Below are positions 1 to 9,329 of a DNA stretch of 64,000 nucleotides, piece after piece. A program made the translations under genes and the position numbers. Location: contig CAZFRO010000004.1 of assembly GCA_964521425.1 (NCBI GenBank), positions 209 through 64,208 on the forward strand, read 5' to 3'. The notes beneath the pieces were generated by a model, which ran no database searches, was not told the DNA's origin, and worked only from the letters and a program-made list of their open reading frames with translations. This DNA comes from an uncultured bacterium. Lineage in GTDB: Bacteria > Joyebacterota > Joyebacteria > Joyebacterales > Joyebacteraceae. Numbering within the stretch: the stretch's first letter is position 1; every line of letters starts with the position of its first letter.

Positions 1-265
1 TACCTGCGCATCTGAGTCTGATGAGTTTGGTAAGCCCCGCTCCGCTACCCCCACCAATGGTCAGCCCGAGCATTATTCCACAATATGATGCACAAAGCAA
101 GCACCGAATGGTGGCCTCCGGACGGCACGCCAGAGTCGTGGAACTGACTGAGGCAGGCAACAGGTGTCACGGTAACGGATTGCCAGTGGGCACAGTCCGT
201 GCTATGTTGTGTCATCTGTGTTGCATGGGGTCCGGGCTGGATTGGGGGAAGGAGGAGTACCACAC

Positions 266-574
266 ATGCGTTTAGAACGTTCTATCCTGGTGGTGTTCGT
301 TGCTCTTGTCGTACTCATTCCGACAGCGCTTCCTGCACAGGAGTGTTACACGACCCTCTGACCTGCCCCCGATCGTAGTGCCACATCTAGAGACAGAGTG
401 CCGTTGCTGATGGCCTCGGCCGATGCCACTGTGGAGGCTCCGAGGCAGAGCGCGAGGATTGCGCACACCAGGATTGCCCGCGATTTCATACTCATGATCC
501 ACTCTCCCGGTGAGGAGATACCTATGCGCCAGCCGCCCTATGGCGCGCAGCCTGGCGATGATCGCTCGCTATGA
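266..574 (+). pseudogene. possible decayed secreted-protein gene (signal peptide, then in-frame TGA at 359-361)
   Basis: Strong RBS (GGAAGGAGG) before ATG 266. MRLERSILVVFVALVVLIPTALPAQ is signal-peptide-like. TGA at codon 32; the frame reopens to 574 with no recognisable domain. Confidence 0.3.
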
Positions 575-886
575 ACCTTACTCAGAGCACTACTTTGAGG
601 CGATAACATCAAGTATCAGATGCAGGACGCGGATTGCCCTGTCCGAGTTCGGGCAGAACGGATTCAGTGGCGGGCACGAGACTCGGCGTGCGGCGCACGA
701 CCTGGACATCCAGCTTCCGCTCTTGAGCAGTGCCCGGTTTCATTGTAGACTCCTACAGGCTTGGTTCTTACGCAAGATCTCCGCACGGGGTGCATCCCGG
801 CGGAGTTGCTTGCATCACAATGTGTTATCACGGTCGTCCCGTCGTCTGCATCCCGTCCGGTAGAGGCGGATATCAAGGGGGGAACA

Positions 887-1360
887 ATGCGGAGAAGCCT
901 TATCAGTGCCGGCCTGCTGCTCGCGGTCGCCGTTGTGCTGTCCCTGTCCGTGTCTGCGCTGGCGGACATACCGGCCGATGTCGAGGACTTCGTGAACCAC
1001 CTCGGATTCCTCGGATACGAATCGGAACAGAAGGACACCTACATCAGCATAACGCACGAGGAGAGGACGAGCTTCACGCTTCAAGGATACGAGGGAGGGA
1101 TCCTGCTCCGTGGATTCTACGGGGGCAGCGAGTACTCGAAGAGCCACAAGGGACAGTTCCTCGACATCACCAACGAGCTGAACGTCTCAGCGACAGTGAT
1201 GCGTGCGTTTGTGGATAGCGATGGGGATCTTGGCCTTGAAGCCTGGTTCCCGTCCGACTACGACAAGACCCGCTTCGCGATCTTCATGGAGGCGTGGCAG
1301 AGCGACACCGGCAACCTCCTCCTGTCGAGATACGACGACCTGGCCAATTTCCTGGAGTAG
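887..1360 (+). CDS. YbjN-like domain protein with N-terminal signal peptide
   Basis: GGGGGG RBS and ATG 887 inside ORF 761..1360. Signal peptide, then a pattern typical of the YbjN family (NELN...MRAFVDSDGDLGLEAWFP). Ends 13 bp before nqrA. Confidence 0.6.
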   Translation: MRRSLISAGLLLAVAVVLSLSVSALADIPADVEDFVNHLGFLGYESEQKDTYISITHEERTSFTLQGYEGGILLRGFYGGSEYSKSHKGQFLDITNELNVSATVMRAFVDSDGDLGLEAWFPSDYDKTRFAIFMEAWQSDTGNLLLSRYDDLANFLE

Positions 1361-1373
1361 TCTGAGGACACCA

Positions 1374-2798
1374 GTGGCAAGACTCAAGGGTGGCTACAAC
1401 ATTGGCCTCGCAGGGAGGCCCGCGTCGCGCGTCGTCGACCTTCCGGTTCCGAGCAGGCTTGTTCTGCCGCTTGCGAGCCGGTGTTTCCGCTTTGGCGATA
1501 TCCGTGTAGAAGAGGGCGCCCGCATCTCCGCCGGGACGGTTCTTGCGACCGATCCCAAGCGCTTTTCGGCTCCACTTATCGCCGCGTATGGCGGAACCGT
1601 GCGTCTCGACGGAGTCGCGGACCACTTGGTTCTCGAATCCCTGGACGGGGCGTCATCCAGCGGTTCTTCAGGCGGATCGCCGACGGATGTCCGCGACCGC
1701 CTTGTCTCTCTCGGGGCTTGGCGGTTCATCACCGACGCCCGCACGGACATGCCGGTAGATCCTGCCGCCACTGCGAATGACGTCATCGTCTCCACGGTCC
1801 ATCTCGAACCTTTCGTCGCGAGCGCCGATGCGCTTCTCACGGGGAGGCTCGATTCGTTCGTTCGCGGCCTCAAGCATCTTCATGAGCTTACCCAGGGCGG
1901 CACCGTTCACGTTGCCGTCGCTCAAGATGCGGGATTCGCGACAGAACTCGCGGGCCTCATTACAGAGCACTCCTGGTGCCGGCTCCACACGGTGGTCGCA
2001 CGCTACCCGTCTGGTCACCCACTCGTGATCCTGCGGGCTCTCGGACTTGGCCGCGATCCTGGTCGTCCCGTTTGGGCAATCGGAACAGCAGGCGTCCTGG
2101 CGATTGAAGGAGCGCTCTCATCCGGCGCACCGAGTGTAGAACGCTTGATAGCACTTGGCGGCCCGGCCGTCAGTGAGCCCGTCCATCTCAAAGCTGTCAT
2201 CGGCTATCCCATCGACGAGATCCTTGCGCATCGTCTCTGCCACGAGGATGTGCGCGTAATCAGCGGAGGCATCTTCACGGGCAGTGATGCATCGCCGGGT
2301 TCATCCGGGCTCGATGCCGAGTGCGAAGGGCTTACGGTTCTTCGTGAACTCGGGAAACGCCACATGCTTTCCTTCGCCATGCCGGGGCTCTCGCGAAACT
2401 CCTACGGCAGAACTTTCATGAGCCGCCTCTGTCAGGGCGGCCCGCCGGAGCGTTTGAACACATCCCTTGCGGGGGAACTGAGAGCATGCGTTTCGTGCGG
2501 GGAGTGCATCGATGTCTGCCCGGTCGGGATACTGCCCGGCGTCATTCACAAGTTTCTCCACGCCGACGAGATAGATGAAGTGGAGCGCATGCGTGTAGAC
2601 CTCTGCATCGAGTGCGGTCTCTGCTCCTACGTCTGTCCATCGAAGATAGAGCTTCTCTCTGACATGTGCGATGCCAGGCGACTGATACGCGAGGAGCACG
2701 AGGCTCAGAAGAAGATGGAGCTGAAGGCGAAGCTCGAGGAAGAGAAGAGACTGGCGGCCAAAGAGGCGCTCGCGGCGGAAGAGGAGGCGACAGCATGA
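1374..2798 (+). CDS. nqrA: NqrA/RnfC-family peripheral subunit retaining two [4Fe-4S] motifs
   Basis: GAGGA RBS and GTG 1374. NqrA-like N-terminus (RLKGGYNIGLAGRP). C-terminal CVSCGECIDVCP and CIECGLCSYVCP. First gene of an nqr-ordered operon. Confidence 0.8.
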   Translation: MARLKGGYNIGLAGRPASRVVDLPVPSRLVLPLASRCFRFGDIRVEEGARISAGTVLATDPKRFSAPLIAAYGGTVRLDGVADHLVLESLDGASSSGSSGGSPTDVRDRLVSLGAWRFITDARTDMPVDPAATANDVIVSTVHLEPFVASADALLTGRLDSFVRGLKHLHELTQGGTVHVAVAQDAGFATELAGLITEHSWCRLHTVVARYPSGHPLVILRALGLGRDPGRPVWAIGTAGVLAIEGALSSGAPSVERLIALGGPAVSEPVHLKAVIGYPIDEILAHRLCHEDVRVISGGIFTGSDASPGSSGLDAECEGLTVLRELGKRHMLSFAMPGLSRNSYGRTFMSRLCQGGPPERLNTSLAGELRACVSCGECIDVCPVGILPGVIHKFLHADEIDEVERMRVDLCIECGLCSYVCPSKIELLSDMCDARRLIREEHEAQKKMELKAKLEEEKRLAAKEALAAEEEATA

Positions 2799-3862
2799 AG
2801 TTGATACTGACTCTCCTCGATAAGACGCGGCCGCTCTTTCAGGAAGGCGGGCGTTTCGCCGCAGTCAAACCCATCTACGATGCCGCCGACGCTTTTCTCT
2901 TTTCGCCTCTCACGCGGACATCGCGGGCTCCGCACGTTCGTGACCCCCTCGACGTCAAACGCTACATGTCGACGGTCATCATTGCTATTGCTCCCTGTCT
3001 CCTGGCTGCAGTCCACTTCTTCGGCCTGCGTGTGCTCGCCATGGTGCTCGTCTCGTACGCCGCCGGTGGAGCGGTCGAGGTCCTCCTCGCCATGTTCAAG
3101 AAGGAGGAGATCAACGAAGGGCTTCTCGTTACCGGGATGCTCTTCCCGCTCATCCTGCCTCCAGGGCTACCGCTCTGGATGGTCGCCTTGGGCTCTGCAT
3201 TCGGCGTGCTTGTGGGGAAGGAACTCTTCGGCGGCACAGGCAGGAATCTGTTCAACCCAGCACTCATCGGGCGCGTGTTCCTGGCGCTCAGCTACCCGAA
3301 GGCCATGTCGGCGGGGTGGATCGAGCCCGGGCAGGGGCTCGTCGGCAGGGTGCTCGAGTACGCGACCGACGCCGTGACGATGGCGACGCCTCTGGCTGCC
3401 GCGAAGAGCGGTACGTGGGCGGCGCTACCCAAGCTCTTCTTCGGCAACGTCATCGGCAGCGTGGGGGAGACATCGGCGCTCGCTGTTCTCCTCGGGGGAG
3501 CGTTTCTCCTCATCATAGGGATTGCCAACTGGCGAACCGTTGCGGCGATGCTCGGCACATTCGTCATCGTGACCGCTGGTATCTACAGCGGTGACCCACA
3601 TGCGATCATCTGGCATCTTCTGTCTGGGGGGCTGCTCTTCGGGGCGTTCTTCATGGCGACGGATCCTGTCTCCAGTCCGATCATGAACTCGGCCAAATGG
3701 GTCTACGGCGCGATCATCGGGATCGCGACGGCCCTCATCAGGAATTTCACCGGCTATGTCGAGGGCGTGATGTTCGCGATACTCCTCGGCAACATCTTCG
3801 CGCCTGTCCTGGACGAGTTCTTCGTCACGGCGCATGTTCGGAGGCTTCGTGAAGAAGGGTAG
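2795..3862 (+). CDS. nqrB: NqrB/RnfD-family membrane subunit (covalent FMN)
   Basis: ATGA overlap with the upstream stop. Motifs APHVRD, EGLLVTG, FGGTGRNLFNPAL, DAVTMATPL (FMN-Thr), FMATDPVS, EGVMFAIL. Confidence 0.9.
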   Translation: MKLILTLLDKTRPLFQEGGRFAAVKPIYDAADAFLFSPLTRTSRAPHVRDPLDVKRYMSTVIIAIAPCLLAAVHFFGLRVLAMVLVSYAAGGAVEVLLAMFKKEEINEGLLVTGMLFPLILPPGLPLWMVALGSAFGVLVGKELFGGTGRNLFNPALIGRVFLALSYPKAMSAGWIEPGQGLVGRVLEYATDAVTMATPLAAAKSGTWAALPKLFFGNVIGSVGETSALAVLLGGAFLLIIGIANWRTVAAMLGTFVIVTAGIYSGDPHAIIWHLLSGGLLFGAFFMATDPVSSPIMNSAKWVYGAIIGIATALIRNFTGYVEGVMFAILLGNIFAPVLDEFFVTAHVRRLREEG

Positions 3863-4469
3863 CCTCTATACGGTCTTCTACGCGGCCGTCCTCGGGATCA
3901 TCTGCGCGGTCGCGCTGACCGCGGTCGATCGTTTCACGGACGAGAGAAAGGCCGCTAATGCGCAGGCGGAGGAGGTTCAGAACATCCTGACCGTCCTCGG
4001 CGTGCCCTTTGATGCGCAGGCGAGTGCGTCGGACCTTCTGGCCGTGTATGAATCGATGGTGGGCGAAGAGGAGATTGAGGGGCTCGAGTTCTTCGTGAGC
4101 GATCATCCGGAGGCAGGCAAGCTCCGTGCGATGCGTTTCCACGGACCGGGACTGTGGGGTCCGATCGAGGGACTCATCTGTCTCGAGGAGGACATGCGCA
4201 CGGTCTACGCCATCTCATTCTACAGACATGAAGAGACTCCCGGGCTGGGTGGTGAGATATCTTCCGCGGGCTTCCAGGATCAGTTCCGCGGGAAGGTGAT
4301 TCTAGGACCGTCGGGAGATCCGGGTATCCACCTCGTCAACGACGGCGCCGATCAGATCAACGAGATCGACGCCATCACCGGAGCTACGATGACCTGCGAC
4401 AAGGTCGAGGACATGCTGAGCGAGATCATCGAGAGGATCATTGCGAGGAGCGGGTCCAGTGGCGCCTAG
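3849..4469 (+). CDS. nqrC: NqrC/RnfG-family FMN-binding subunit
   Basis: N-terminal TM anchor; GPGLWGPI, HEETPGLGGEI, IDAITGATMT (FMN-Thr motif). GTG start 3849 inferred. Confidence 0.9.
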   Translation: MKKGSLYTVFYAAVLGIICAVALTAVDRFTDERKAANAQAEEVQNILTVLGVPFDAQASASDLLAVYESMVGEEEIEGLEFFVSDHPEAGKLRAMRFHGPGLWGPIEGLICLEEDMRTVYAISFYRHEETPGLGGEISSAGFQDQFRGKVILGPSGDPGIHLVNDGADQINEIDAITGATMTCDKVEDMLSEIIERIIARSGSSGA

Positions 4470-5133
4470 TCAGAAAGTGGCCTGTGTTACATGCGGAGGA
4501 ACCGGTCCCTGTGATGGGAAGGGTCGGGAGACACTGCGTGCCGGCGTCTGGGTGACCAATCCGGTCTCCGTCCAGGTACTCGGCATCTGTTCCGCTCTGG
4601 CCGTGACGAACAAGCTCGAGAACTCGCTCGTCATGGGTGCCGCCCTCATCTTCGTCGGTGTGGGCACCAACCTGTTCGTGTCGCTTCTCAGAAACGTGAC
4701 ACCGAGGCGCATCCGGATGATAGCGGAGGTGGCCATCATCGCCACATTCGTGATCATCTTCGACCAGATACTCAAGGCGTACTACTGGGAGATGTCGAAG
4801 CAGCTCGGTCCGTACGTCGGTCTCATCATCACGAACTGTATCATCATGGGACGCGCCGAGGCGTTCGCGCTGTCGAACCGCCCGGTTGTGTCGATGCTCG
4901 ATGGCCTCGCCAACGGTCTCGGGTACGCGGTCGTCCTTGGGATCATCGGGTTCGTTCGGGAACTCATGGGAACGGGAGCGCTCTTCGGCCACCGGATTCT
5001 AGGGGCCGAGTGGTACACGCCTAATCAGCTGATGATCCTGGCGCCCGGGGCGTTCATTGCACTCGGTTTCCTGATCGCTCTCTACAATGCGATCACCGGC
5101 ATCAACAAAGAGCTCGAAGGGAAGGGGAGCTAG
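4459..5133 (+). CDS. nqrD: NqrD/RnfE-family membrane subunit
   Basis: NPVSVQVLGICSALAVT, VGLIITNCIIMGRAEAFA, LAPGAF. GAGGAG RBS before GTG 4459. Confidence 0.9.
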   Translation: MAPSQKVACVTCGGTGPCDGKGRETLRAGVWVTNPVSVQVLGICSALAVTNKLENSLVMGAALIFVGVGTNLFVSLLRNVTPRRIRMIAEVAIIATFVIIFDQILKAYYWEMSKQLGPYVGLIITNCIIMGRAEAFALSNRPVVSMLDGLANGLGYAVVLGIIGFVRELMGTGALFGHRILGAEWYTPNQLMILAPGAFIALGFLIALYNAITGINKELEGKGS

Positions 5134-5135
5134 CG

Positions 5136-5726
5136 ATGGGTGAGGTATCACCCCTTATCATCCTCGTAGCTGCGATCTTCACCAACAACATCCTGTTGGC
5201 GAACTTCCTGGGAATGTGCTCGTTCCTCGCGGTCTCGAAGCGCATCGACACCGCGGCCGGACTCGGCGCTGCCGTGATCTTCGTCATGACGTTCACGACT
5301 GCGATCAACTACGGCGTCTATCACCACGTGCTTGTCCCGACGGGGCTCACGTTTCTCTCGTTCATCATCTTCATCGCCGTGATCGCAGCCTTCGTGCAGT
5401 TCGTGGAGATGTTCGTAGAACGCTTCAGCCCGGCGCTCTATCACGCGCTCGGGATCTTCCTGCCGCTCATCACCGTCAACTGTGCGATCCTGGGTGTGTC
5501 ACTCTTCATGATCATCAGGAACTACACATTCATGCAGTCGGTCGCGTTCGGCTTCGGTGGCGGCGTCGGGTGGACGCTGGCGATTGTCCTGATCGCGGGC
5601 TTAAGACAGAAGATGAGATACAGCATCGTCCCGGTTCCATTCAAGGGCGTCGCAATAGCCATGGTCATCACCGGCGTGATGGCAATGGCGTTCATGGGGT
5701 TCGCCGGCATGGTCACGATACAGTAG
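5136..5726 (+). CDS. nqrE: NqrE/RnfA-family membrane subunit
   Basis: FLGMCSFLAVS, LGIFLPLITVNCAILG, MAFMGFAG. Confidence 0.92.
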   Translation: MGEVSPLIILVAAIFTNNILLANFLGMCSFLAVSKRIDTAAGLGAAVIFVMTFTTAINYGVYHHVLVPTGLTFLSFIIFIAVIAAFVQFVEMFVERFSPALYHALGIFLPLITVNCAILGVSLFMIIRNYTFMQSVAFGFGGGVGWTLAIVLIAGLRQKMRYSIVPVPFKGVAIAMVITGVMAMAFMGFAGMVTIQ

Positions 5727-5730
5727 GCGA

Positions 5731-6828
5731 TTGATGATCTTCCTTCTTCCCATACTGGTCTTTGCGGGAATCCTCGTTGCTCTTGCGGTCGCGCTCACGG
5801 TTGCCGAGCGGTTGCTCGTCAACTACGGCATCTGCAAGATCGACATCAACGTGGGGGACCGTGTTCTCGAGGTCGAGGGCGGGCAGACGCTTCTCTCGGC
5901 CCTCATCGAGTCGAAGATCTTCATCCCGTCCGGCTGCGGCGGCCGTGGTTCTTGCGGGTACTGCACCATCGATGTGGTCGTAGGCGGCGGGGCCGTCCTG
6001 CCCACTGAAACGCCGTTTCTGACGCGATCGCAGGTGCGTTCGGGCGTTCGGCTGGCCTGCCAGGTCAAGGTGCGCGAGGATCTCGAGGTCAGAATCCCTG
6101 AGGAACTCCTCAACGTTCAGCTCTTCACGGCCACGGTCGAAAGCGCGCGCACACTGACACACGACATGGTCGAGACTCGCTTCAAGCTCACGGAGCCCGT
6201 GGAGATCGAGCAGCGTCCCGGGCAGTACGTGCAGCTGCAGGCGCCCTCGCCTGAGGGACCTGTCTTTCGCGCCTATTCCATCAGCTCGCCTGCGTACGAG
6301 ACAGACGTCGTCGAGCTGGTCGTTCGCCTGGTGCCCGGGGGGATCGGCTCCACCTATGCGCACAATCTGAACGAAGGGGATCCGATAATCTTCACGGGTC
6401 CGTACGGAGAGTTCCGGTTGAGCGAGGACCCCGAGGCAGAGATCGTCTGCGTCGGCGGCGGCTCGGGCATGGCGCCCTTGAAGAACATCCTCTTCAGTGT
6501 GTGCGAGCGCTGGCCGAACCGGAAGTGCTGGCTCTTCTTTGGTTGCCGCTCGGCGAAGGATGTGTTCTACCTCGACGAGTTCCGGGAGCTTGAGAAGAAG
6601 AACCCGAACTTCCACGTCATCTACGCGCTGTCCGATCCTGATCCTGAGGACGGGGAGTGGAGCGGCGAGACAGGCTTCATCCACATCTCAGTTGACAAGC
6701 ACCTTGAGACTCGCGAAGCGAAGCGGCAGGCGTTCCTCTGCGGTCCACCGCCGATGATCGAGGCCGTCATGAAGATCCTCGATGACAAGGGATTCGAAGA
6801 GGACGACATCTTCTACGACAAGTTCTAG
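5731..6828 (+). CDS. nqrF: NqrF-type NADH-oxidising subunit (TM, 2Fe-2S, FAD, NAD binding)
   Basis: CGGRGSCGYC...RLAC (2Fe-2S), RAYSISS (FAD), GGGSGMAP (NADH), CGPPPM, C-terminal YDKF. Confidence 0.9.
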   Translation: MMIFLLPILVFAGILVALAVALTVAERLLVNYGICKIDINVGDRVLEVEGGQTLLSALIESKIFIPSGCGGRGSCGYCTIDVVVGGGAVLPTETPFLTRSQVRSGVRLACQVKVREDLEVRIPEELLNVQLFTATVESARTLTHDMVETRFKLTEPVEIEQRPGQYVQLQAPSPEGPVFRAYSISSPAYETDVVELVVRLVPGGIGSTYAHNLNEGDPIIFTGPYGEFRLSEDPEAEIVCVGGGSGMAPLKNILFSVCERWPNRKCWLFFGCRSAKDVFYLDEFRELEKKNPNFHVIYALSDPDPEDGEWSGETGFIHISVDKHLETREAKRQAFLCGPPPMIEAVMKILDDKGFEEDDIFYDKF

Positions 6829-6841
6829 AAGGAGAGAGATC

Positions 6842-7294
6842 ATGGCCATCATCACGGTGGCCGACGTGCTGAGGACTGCCGAGGACGTCGAGGCGAAGCT
6901 CGTCGACTACTACGCGGAGATCGCCGAACATGCGACATCGGAGGGCGTCAAGCTTCTCGCGGACTACATGGGGAGGCACCGCCGCCACCTGTCGGAGGCT
7001 CTCGGTCGGCTCGGTGACGCCGAGCGGGAGGAGGTGAGTTCGTTCCCGATCAGGTACGAACCTCTCGCGCCCGACTGCACGTGTTTTGAGGGGCGCGAAC
7101 TTCCTCCGGACGCCACGGCTGCGGAGGTGCTGGACATCGCGATCGAGATCGATGGGTGTCTCATTGACCTGTACCGCCAGGTTCTGACGCAGGACGTTGA
7201 CCAGGAGGTCCAGGATCTCTTTGAGAGCCTGGTCCGGGCTGAGGAACGTGACACCATAGAGCTCAAGAAGATCAAGGCGATGGACTACTTCTAG
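6842..7294 (+). CDS. ferritin/rubrerythrin-like four-helix protein
   Basis: AAGGAG RBS and ATG 6842, 13 bp after nqrF. Two E-x3-E..Y helical repeats with degenerate ExxH motifs. Confidence 0.65.
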   Translation: MAIITVADVLRTAEDVEAKLVDYYAEIAEHATSEGVKLLADYMGRHRRHLSEALGRLGDAEREEVSSFPIRYEPLAPDCTCFEGRELPPDATAAEVLDIAIEIDGCLIDLYRQVLTQDVDQEVQDLFESLVRAEERDTIELKKIKAMDYF

Positions 7295-7321
7295 GCGCAT
7301 GCGGGGCTTGTCAGAATCAGA

Positions 7322-7350
7322 TTGACTGGTTCGGCCAGAGAGCATAGAAT
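7322..7350 (+). promoter_or_regulatory. sigma70-type promoter of the cytochrome operon
   Basis: TTGACT-17 bp-TAGAAT. Confidence 0.7.
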
Positions 7351-7464
7351 ACTGGTCTGAGGCACACTCAGAGGCATGCTGCCGGACCGGATGCGGAGCA
7401 GACGAGCTGACCCGATGGGAAGTTCCAGCGGGCAGGTTTGTCTGATTGTAGGGGGGGGGAGCTT

Positions 7465-8742
7465 ATGACGTTTGGAAAGGTGGGGGCAAGCGCTCTGCTT
7501 GTTCTGCTGATTCTTGCTGTCTCGACTGCTGCATGGGCCGAGTCATCATGCGTCACGTGCCATCGTGACGTCAGTCCGGGACAGGTGGCTGACTGGGAGT
7601 CCAGCAAGCACGCGAAGGTACACGTGAGCTGCGAGGTCTGCCACGGCGACGCCCACACAACGGCCGACGATGCTGCCTCGGTCTCGTTCCCGGATGAGAG
7701 TACTTGCGCCGGGTGCCACGAGGAGCAGTTCGACCAGTTCGTGCAGGGCAAGCACAACATGGGTTGGACCGCGATGAACGCTCTTCCGATTACCCACATC
7801 GAGCCCGATGCGCTCATTGAGGGTGGGAAGGGCTGCGGCGGCTGCCACAACATGGGCATCAAGACCGCCGAGCAGAAGCAGGCCCAGCTCGACATGGGAT
7901 TCCGCTACCAGACGAACTCGTGCGACGAGTGCCACACGCGGCACGCGTTCTCGAAGAAGGAAGCGCAGAACCCGCACGCATGCCAGCAGTGCCACATGGG
8001 CTACGATCATCCCCAGTGGGAGATGTGGGAGAGCTCAAAGCACGGTACACGGTGGCATGCACAGAGCGCCGGTGATCTGCCGGAAGGCGCTGCTGCGCCG
8101 ACCTGCCAGACCTGCCACATGGTCGATGGCGATCACAACAACCACACAGCGTGGGGTTTCCTTGGCGTGAGACTGCCGATGCCCGAGGACGAGCAGTGGG
8201 CGGCCGACAGGGTCGTGATCCTGAAGGCTCTCGGTGTTCTGCATCCTGATACCGGCGAAGCGACCGATCTCGTCGGTGTCGTTCAGGCTGCCGATCTCGC
8301 GCGTCTGACCGAGGAGGCCTGGCAGAGTGAGCGTGACAAGATGATCACGACTTGCAGCCAGTGTCACTCCACAACGTATGCCACCCAGCAGCTGAGCTTG
8401 GGTGATGACATGCTGAGGGACGCCGATCGGCTCATGGCACAGGCTATCGAGATCGTTGGGGATCTGTACCGCGATGGCATTATCGAGAAGCCTGAGGCCT
8501 ATCCGTACAACTACCCGAACTTCCTGTTCTTCATGCAGACGGGTGGCGGCGACATGGACAACCTGTCGTACATCGATCAGGTTCTCTGTCAGATGTACAT
8601 GAAGCATCGGATGCGCGCGTACCAGGGCTTCTTCCACGCCAATCCCGACTATGCCTACTGGTATGGTTGGGCGGGGATGACGAAGGACCTCGGTGAGATC
8701 CAGGAGCTGGCCAGAACGATGCGCGCGACCCACGGGTTGTAG
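7465..8742 (+). CDS. secreted octaheme cytochrome c, hydroxylamine oxidoreductase (Hao)-family
   Basis: Signal peptide. Eight CxxCH motifs (CVTCH, CEVCH, CAGCH, CGGCH, CDECH, CQQCH, CQTCH, CSQCH). Hao-like CHMGYDHPQWEMWESSKHG and C-terminal HANPDYAYWYGW helix region. Confidence 0.85.
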   Translation: MTFGKVGASALLVLLILAVSTAAWAESSCVTCHRDVSPGQVADWESSKHAKVHVSCEVCHGDAHTTADDAASVSFPDESTCAGCHEEQFDQFVQGKHNMGWTAMNALPITHIEPDALIEGGKGCGGCHNMGIKTAEQKQAQLDMGFRYQTNSCDECHTRHAFSKKEAQNPHACQQCHMGYDHPQWEMWESSKHGTRWHAQSAGDLPEGAAAPTCQTCHMVDGDHNNHTAWGFLGVRLPMPEDEQWAADRVVILKALGVLHPDTGEATDLVGVVQAADLARLTEEAWQSERDKMITTCSQCHSTTYATQQLSLGDDMLRDADRLMAQAIEIVGDLYRDGIIEKPEAYPYNYPNFLFFMQTGGGDMDNLSYIDQVLCQMYMKHRMRAYQGFFHANPDYAYWYGWAGMTKDLGEIQELARTMRATHGL

Positions 8743-8770
8743 CCGGTTCCGAATCTGATTTGTGATCGAC

Positions 8771-8800
8771 GAGGGGGCGTTCGTTGTCGAACGTCCCCTC
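8771..8800. other. intercistronic 13-bp hairpin without U-tract (mRNA stability or processing element?)
   Basis: GAGGGGGCGTTCG-TTGT-CGAACGTCCCCTC between the octaheme and monoheme genes. Confidence 0.45.
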
Positions 8801-8882
8801 ATCAGTCCGGACATCTGAATGCCCGAGTGGCGCAGGCACAAAAGGAAAGCGCCTCGCGCGGCATCTGGAGGGAGGTGACAGA

Positions 8883-9323
8883 ATGCGCATGCTGTTTCTT
8901 GTTCTACTCGCGCTCGCCATCGGCCTCGTGCCGGTTCTAGCGGTCGCGGCTGATGCCGAGGCCGAGGAGAAGCCGGTGGAGCTTACCGGCAAGACGATCT
9001 TCGTAGAGAGCAAGTGCGCCATGTGCCACACCGTCTTAGCCGAGGGCATAGGTGAAGTGCCGGAGGACGGCGCGGAAGCCGAAGAGAGCGACGGCCCACC
9101 TGATCTGTCGACCGTTGGCGCCTCGCGCAAGCTCGACTGGCTGCACCTCTTTCTCGTCGAGAAAGAGAAGATCGACGGCGTGAAGCACATGATGAGTTTC
9201 AAGGGCACGGAGGAAGAGTGGACAGTGATGTCCACCTGGCTTCTGAGCCTCGGCGCGCCCGCTGACACGACCGAAGGCGAGACGGAAGCCGCTACTGAAA
9301 CGGGCACACAGACAAGCGAGTAA
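8883..9323 (+). CDS. secreted monoheme cytochrome c
   Basis: GGAGG RBS, signal peptide, CAMCH, distal KHMM (candidate Met ligand). Confidence 0.8.
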   Translation: MRMLFLVLLALAIGLVPVLAVAADAEAEEKPVELTGKTIFVESKCAMCHTVLAEGIGEVPEDGAEAEESDGPPDLSTVGASRKLDWLHLFLVEKEKIDGVKHMMSFKGTEEEWTVMSTWLLSLGAPADTTEGETEAATETGTQTSE

Positions 9324-9329
9324 TCAACC

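Noticed and set aside
1-265. Short ORFs 21..275 and 45..263
   Set aside because: No RBS, no motifs and mutually overlapping; treated as non-coding or decayed sequence at the window edge.
7451-7459. G9 run before the octaheme gene as a phase-variation switch
   Set aside because: It lies outside the coding sequence. A length change would not shift the frame or the spacing of its 3' edge to the ATG.
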